A stretch of 64,000 bases of DNA from Dimorphilus gyrociliatus (taxonomy: Eukaryota; Animalia; Annelida), in the NCBI GenBank assembly GCA_904063045.1, contig CAJFCJ010000009.1:1096942-1160941 (forward strand), given 5' to 3'. The notes beneath the pieces were generated by a model. That model was not told where the DNA came from. It worked only from the letters and a program-made list of their open reading frames with translations, and ran no database searches. Shown one piece after another: positions 60,313 through 64,000 of this stretch; position 1 is the stretch's first letter; each line of letters starts with the position of its first letter. A program made the position numbers and the translations under genes.

Positions 60313-62840
60313 TTAAACTTCGAACAATTCTCTCATTTCCTGAAGCGTTGCAAATAGTGTCTTTGAGAATCTCGCTGAGTCAGTGTTTCCAGCGCTCTTC
60401 TTACTAGATATATGAAAAAAGAGGCGATGTTCACCAGCAAACATGTAAGAAACCCCATAACCATCATCAGCAACCGGTCCGAAACCTCCTCCAGGACAAA
60501 GCTTATTACGATATGCTTTTAAATCGCAAGGGGGAGAATTTCTAATTTGTTGCTGGGGTTGTTGTGAAGTGCTCAAGGTCCAAGGCATGAGCAAAGCTTT
60601 CCGAAGAAAGTCGCAGTCTTCATTGAATCCCTTACCAACAACCAGTAGCGCGAAGAGATGTCTATCGAAACCTTTTCCTTTCATAGCATCTCTGCAAGCT
60701 TTTTGATGATTTCGGCACGTTTCCCTCATGAGTTGTCGACATTTTTCGGTATCTCTTGGGGTTTTCACCATTTCTCTATTTGGAAAAATATATGCTAGTG
60801 TAAAAAAAAGCAAACGCATCAAAACAATTACCTTATCCATTCTGCCATTACTGAAGTTAATGGACGAACCGTTTCGGTTCTGCCGTACAGAAACAATCTA
60901 GTCATGGATGCCTCGTAGGTCAATGCCAGTTTTCCCCCAGAATCCTTAAAGTAAGTGTATTGGAAAGCACATTGAACAAAACCATCCGGGCTAACCTTAC
61001 ACATTTTCATAACATCTTTTCCAAATTTAGTGTGTTCAACAACTTGCAAATCAAGATCTTCATTGTTTTGCTTAGCAAAATTTCTAGAATATTCTATTTG
61101 AACATTTAGATCGGGATTTGATAGATCCCATTGCAGCATTTGAGGCTTATACAACTTTGCCTGTTTATAGCCTATATCTAAAGTATGTCCATCATCATCG
61201 TAAACCTTTTTTAATATTTCGTATGTCATTACATATTCACTTGCATGTCCCATAACCGGTGCATCACCCCAAGCGTGTTCGCAATTTGTTCCAAAATGTG
61301 CGTCAGCAAAAACGATTACTTGAAATGATTTATCGAACCAATGACTAGTTTCTCCGTCTCCGTGCAATAAGTACTTTCCTCTTTCTGACCAAGAAGATTT
61401 ATTTTGAGTTTCTAAGCAAACAACAAACAAAGCTGTTTCAATGGCGTCTAGAGACTCTCTATTGAGGCCAGATGAAAAATATCTATTTCTATTCCTTGCC
61501 CAATCCGATCTCTCAATTGCTGTTAAAACGCTTATGCATCGACTATTTTTATTGTAATCTTTATAAGCCGAATCTGCGTCTCTGATAATCCAATGCAATT
61601 GTTTTTCTAAGCTGACAGGATTTAGAGGTTTTGAATTGCTATCGATTATACTCAGCTTGTAAAATAAGCCCCTTCTCATCACAATAATATGCTTTGAGTA
61701 TGGTGATGTCACCAGTTTGTCCAATTCTTCACCAGGAATTCTCGTAGTTCCAAATATTCTTTCATACTGCGACATGCATAGCGGCACCGTATCTCTAATT
61801 AGCAGCGGTTCAACTTCCTCTCTCTTGTATTTATGACGAAATTCTAAATATGTATGAATAAGAAAGGCAGCTCTAGCTTCTTGTATGGTTGTTCCTCTCC
61901 AATCAGCATTATCTAAACAGTAGTAATTAGAATTTATCGCTAGAGGAACACGTGACATTAGGTACACATATTTCTCCCACCAGTCAGACACGTAATTAAA
62001 ACTCCACCACGATTTCAGTATAAGAACTCTTTGCAGTTTGAGACCAACGCCCCTTTCAAATTCCTTTGCTTCGCTTTTCAATTTATCAAATTCTTTTTCA
62101 GTTGTTAGAGGTTCAACAGACAGCAGCCATTTATCGATCGTATCTGCTAAATTAGGAACGGGTAGAGTTGGCAATGAACTTTGATAAGAATTCGTAGACG
62201 GATGATAACCAGATATAAGTTTTACGAAAAACGCCCATACTGCAGTTGACCAGCTAATTCCTCTTCCAGGTCTCTCATCCATCCATCCTGTGTAACGCAA
62301 TAATAAGCGTAAAGTCCATCTCCTAATGTACATTAAGCCGATAAAGAAAACCACTCCTCCGGCAAATGATACAGTAACAATTTTTAAAGGCTTTGGATTT
62401 TCTACTGGTATATATTTTTCCAATTTGTGCAATTCATCAGTCAGAGGTTTTGCAAATTTTGGTTCTTTTGCAAGAAGTAGTGAAAAAGCACCTGTAGTTA
62501 CTCCTAAATTATAAATATGGGTTGGCCATAGACCATTAGCGAGTAGGTTCCTGTTGAAAATGAAAATTATTAAAGTTATAAAGGCTAAATGAGCACTAAT
62601 TATGTAAAAAAAATTGATTATAATTGTCAGATATATTTATCAGAACAAAAGTAATAAATAATTCAATATATCCATGTCAAACACGCCAGAGAAAGGAAAT
62701 CTAGTTGATAAGTACCTCGTTGTATAAAATCGACGGACCCAATTCTTCCGCAATCCCCTAATAAAGTCTTGAGTTGGTTCCCTTCCCTCCTCCAAATGAT
62801 AAACATTAAATTCTGCAACCGCTTGACGCGCCTCTGCCAT
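60313..62840 (-). CDS. CPT1: Carnitine O-palmitoyltransferase 1, about 768 aa; exons 62840-62716, 62550-60832, 60775-60313
   Basis: MAEARQAVAEF N-terminus, TM segments, YVSDWWEKYVYL, catalytic EHAWGDAPVMGH, LTYEASMTRLFLYGRTETVR, GGGFGPVADDGYGVSY. Confidence 0.93.
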
Positions 62841-63362
62841 AGCCAGTATCTATAAGCTTATCATTATTGCCAACAGAGTTTTCACTTTCTGAATACAATG
62901 CAGTTAGCCTCTTGATGCAAAATATAAACAAATTCACAATCCGTCTCACTTTCTCCCTGCCTCTTTATAGACGCGGAGCGGGTACCGTTAAAAAACCAGT
63001 TTTTAATAAGAGTATGAAGGTTGCTGATTGGCTAACATCTCTAAACAAAATTATACTCTATACCGCGAAAATCTCAAGAGAGAATTATTTAAATATTTTC
63101 ATTACTTGTAATTTTTTTTAAAATCGCACGTGGTATAGTTTAAGAAAGATTTTAATTTTTATTAATATTCATTTTTGAAAAAAATAAAACTGCATCCATT
63201 TTTCAATCAGCTGCTAAATGAAAATACCAATTTTTCAATAATAATTATAAACACATTGTGATCGATCTGTTAATGTTAAAGTTTATCAAACACTCTTAAA
63301 GCTGCAGGTATATCAAATATATCTATTACATGATTGTTGCCTTTCTATGTTTTTAAAACATC

Positions 63363-64000
63363 CTAAGTACTGGATTCATCTTTTTCGGTTATGGTTTTGG
63401 CTGATCTGTCAGCTTGACTTAATTCACTTTTTTTACTTTCTATTCTTAATCTCCTATTTTCTTCCATTGTACTCTTCCAAACTTGTTCAAGATCTTGTTC
63501 TAGAGACTCTTTTTCGCATCGTGTGCGTTCTAATTCGGACTCTTTATCTCTTATCAGCAATCTAAGATGTCTCATCTCTCTTTCGTACTGATCAGATAAT
63601 TTTTTCATTTCTATATCCTTCTCCTTCAGTGACTCACAGACTTCTTCAATCTTTTCTTCAGCTTTCAGCTTAACTGACTAGAATTGAAAAGTATGATGAG
63701 TTTATTATTGAAAATTTAAAATATACATTCACTGAATACAAACTTTTAACTTTTCTTTATTTACTAATTTTTGCTTTTCTATTAAGAAGTTTTCCTTAAG
63801 TATTTTTTGTCTTTCTTTTTCCTTATGATGTACAGTTTTTTTCAGACTATCTCTCTCAAATGCCGCTCTTTCAGCCTATAAAATAAAATTGTTATATAAA
63901 AAACAAGTTAACTAGCCGAAAAAAGATATTAATCTATCTTTTATACTAACCGCTTTCACAACGGCTTGCAAATATTGTTCAATAGATTGACCCTTAAGAT
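63363..64000 (-). CDS. 3' end of an unidentified coiled-coil protein gene entering from beyond the window (three exons visible)
   Basis: LKGQSIEQYLQAVVKA|AERAAFERDS...KQKL|SVKLKAEEKIEE...DLEQVWKSTMEENRRLR...ESST stop; phase-0 GT-AG introns. Confidence 0.75.

Noticed and set aside
1-64000. tRNA, rRNA, snoRNA, CRISPR array, U12-type introns, transposase or reverse transcriptase
   Set aside because: No convincing T-loop cloverleaf, paired C/D boxes, repeat-spacer array, RTATCCTT donor at a real junction, or mobile-element ORF seen by eye; a covariance-model scan was not possible.

Overview
AT-rich, gene-dense stretch of an animal nuclear genome with mostly 50-75 nt spliceosomal introns. A compact-genome invertebrate such as the annelid Dimorphilus gyrociliatus would fit, but that is unverified inference. 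Hand-tracing exons across the ORF fragments gives 16 protein-coding loci: DNAH5/8-type axonemal dynein heavy chain (3' part), an orphan single-pass membrane protein, a divergent hydroxyacid oxidase, a DUF4806-like protein, an earless AP-4 beta subunit, TMA7, ASPH, GALNS, NAPRT, TFCP2/LSF, VPS13D (about 50 introns), a SOCS-box orphan, a long modular glycogenin, CCDC39, SLX9/FAM207A, CPT1, plus the 3' end of an unidentified coiled-coil gene. I saw no tRNA, rRNA, CRISPR array or transposase. The main finding concerns splicing. Of roughly 100 introns traced, two need non-canonical donors to keep conserved protein sequence: AG|GG in dynein (3443-3532) and AG|GA in GALNS (19128-19202). Many introns also carry an inverted repeat whose 5' arm starts at or next to the first intron base and whose 3' arm ends about 12-24 nt before the acceptor (best cases 892-972, 3444-3519, 7536-7605). 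This suggests structure-assisted intron definition or hairpin-mediated intron birth. All gene models are manual and lack transcript support.
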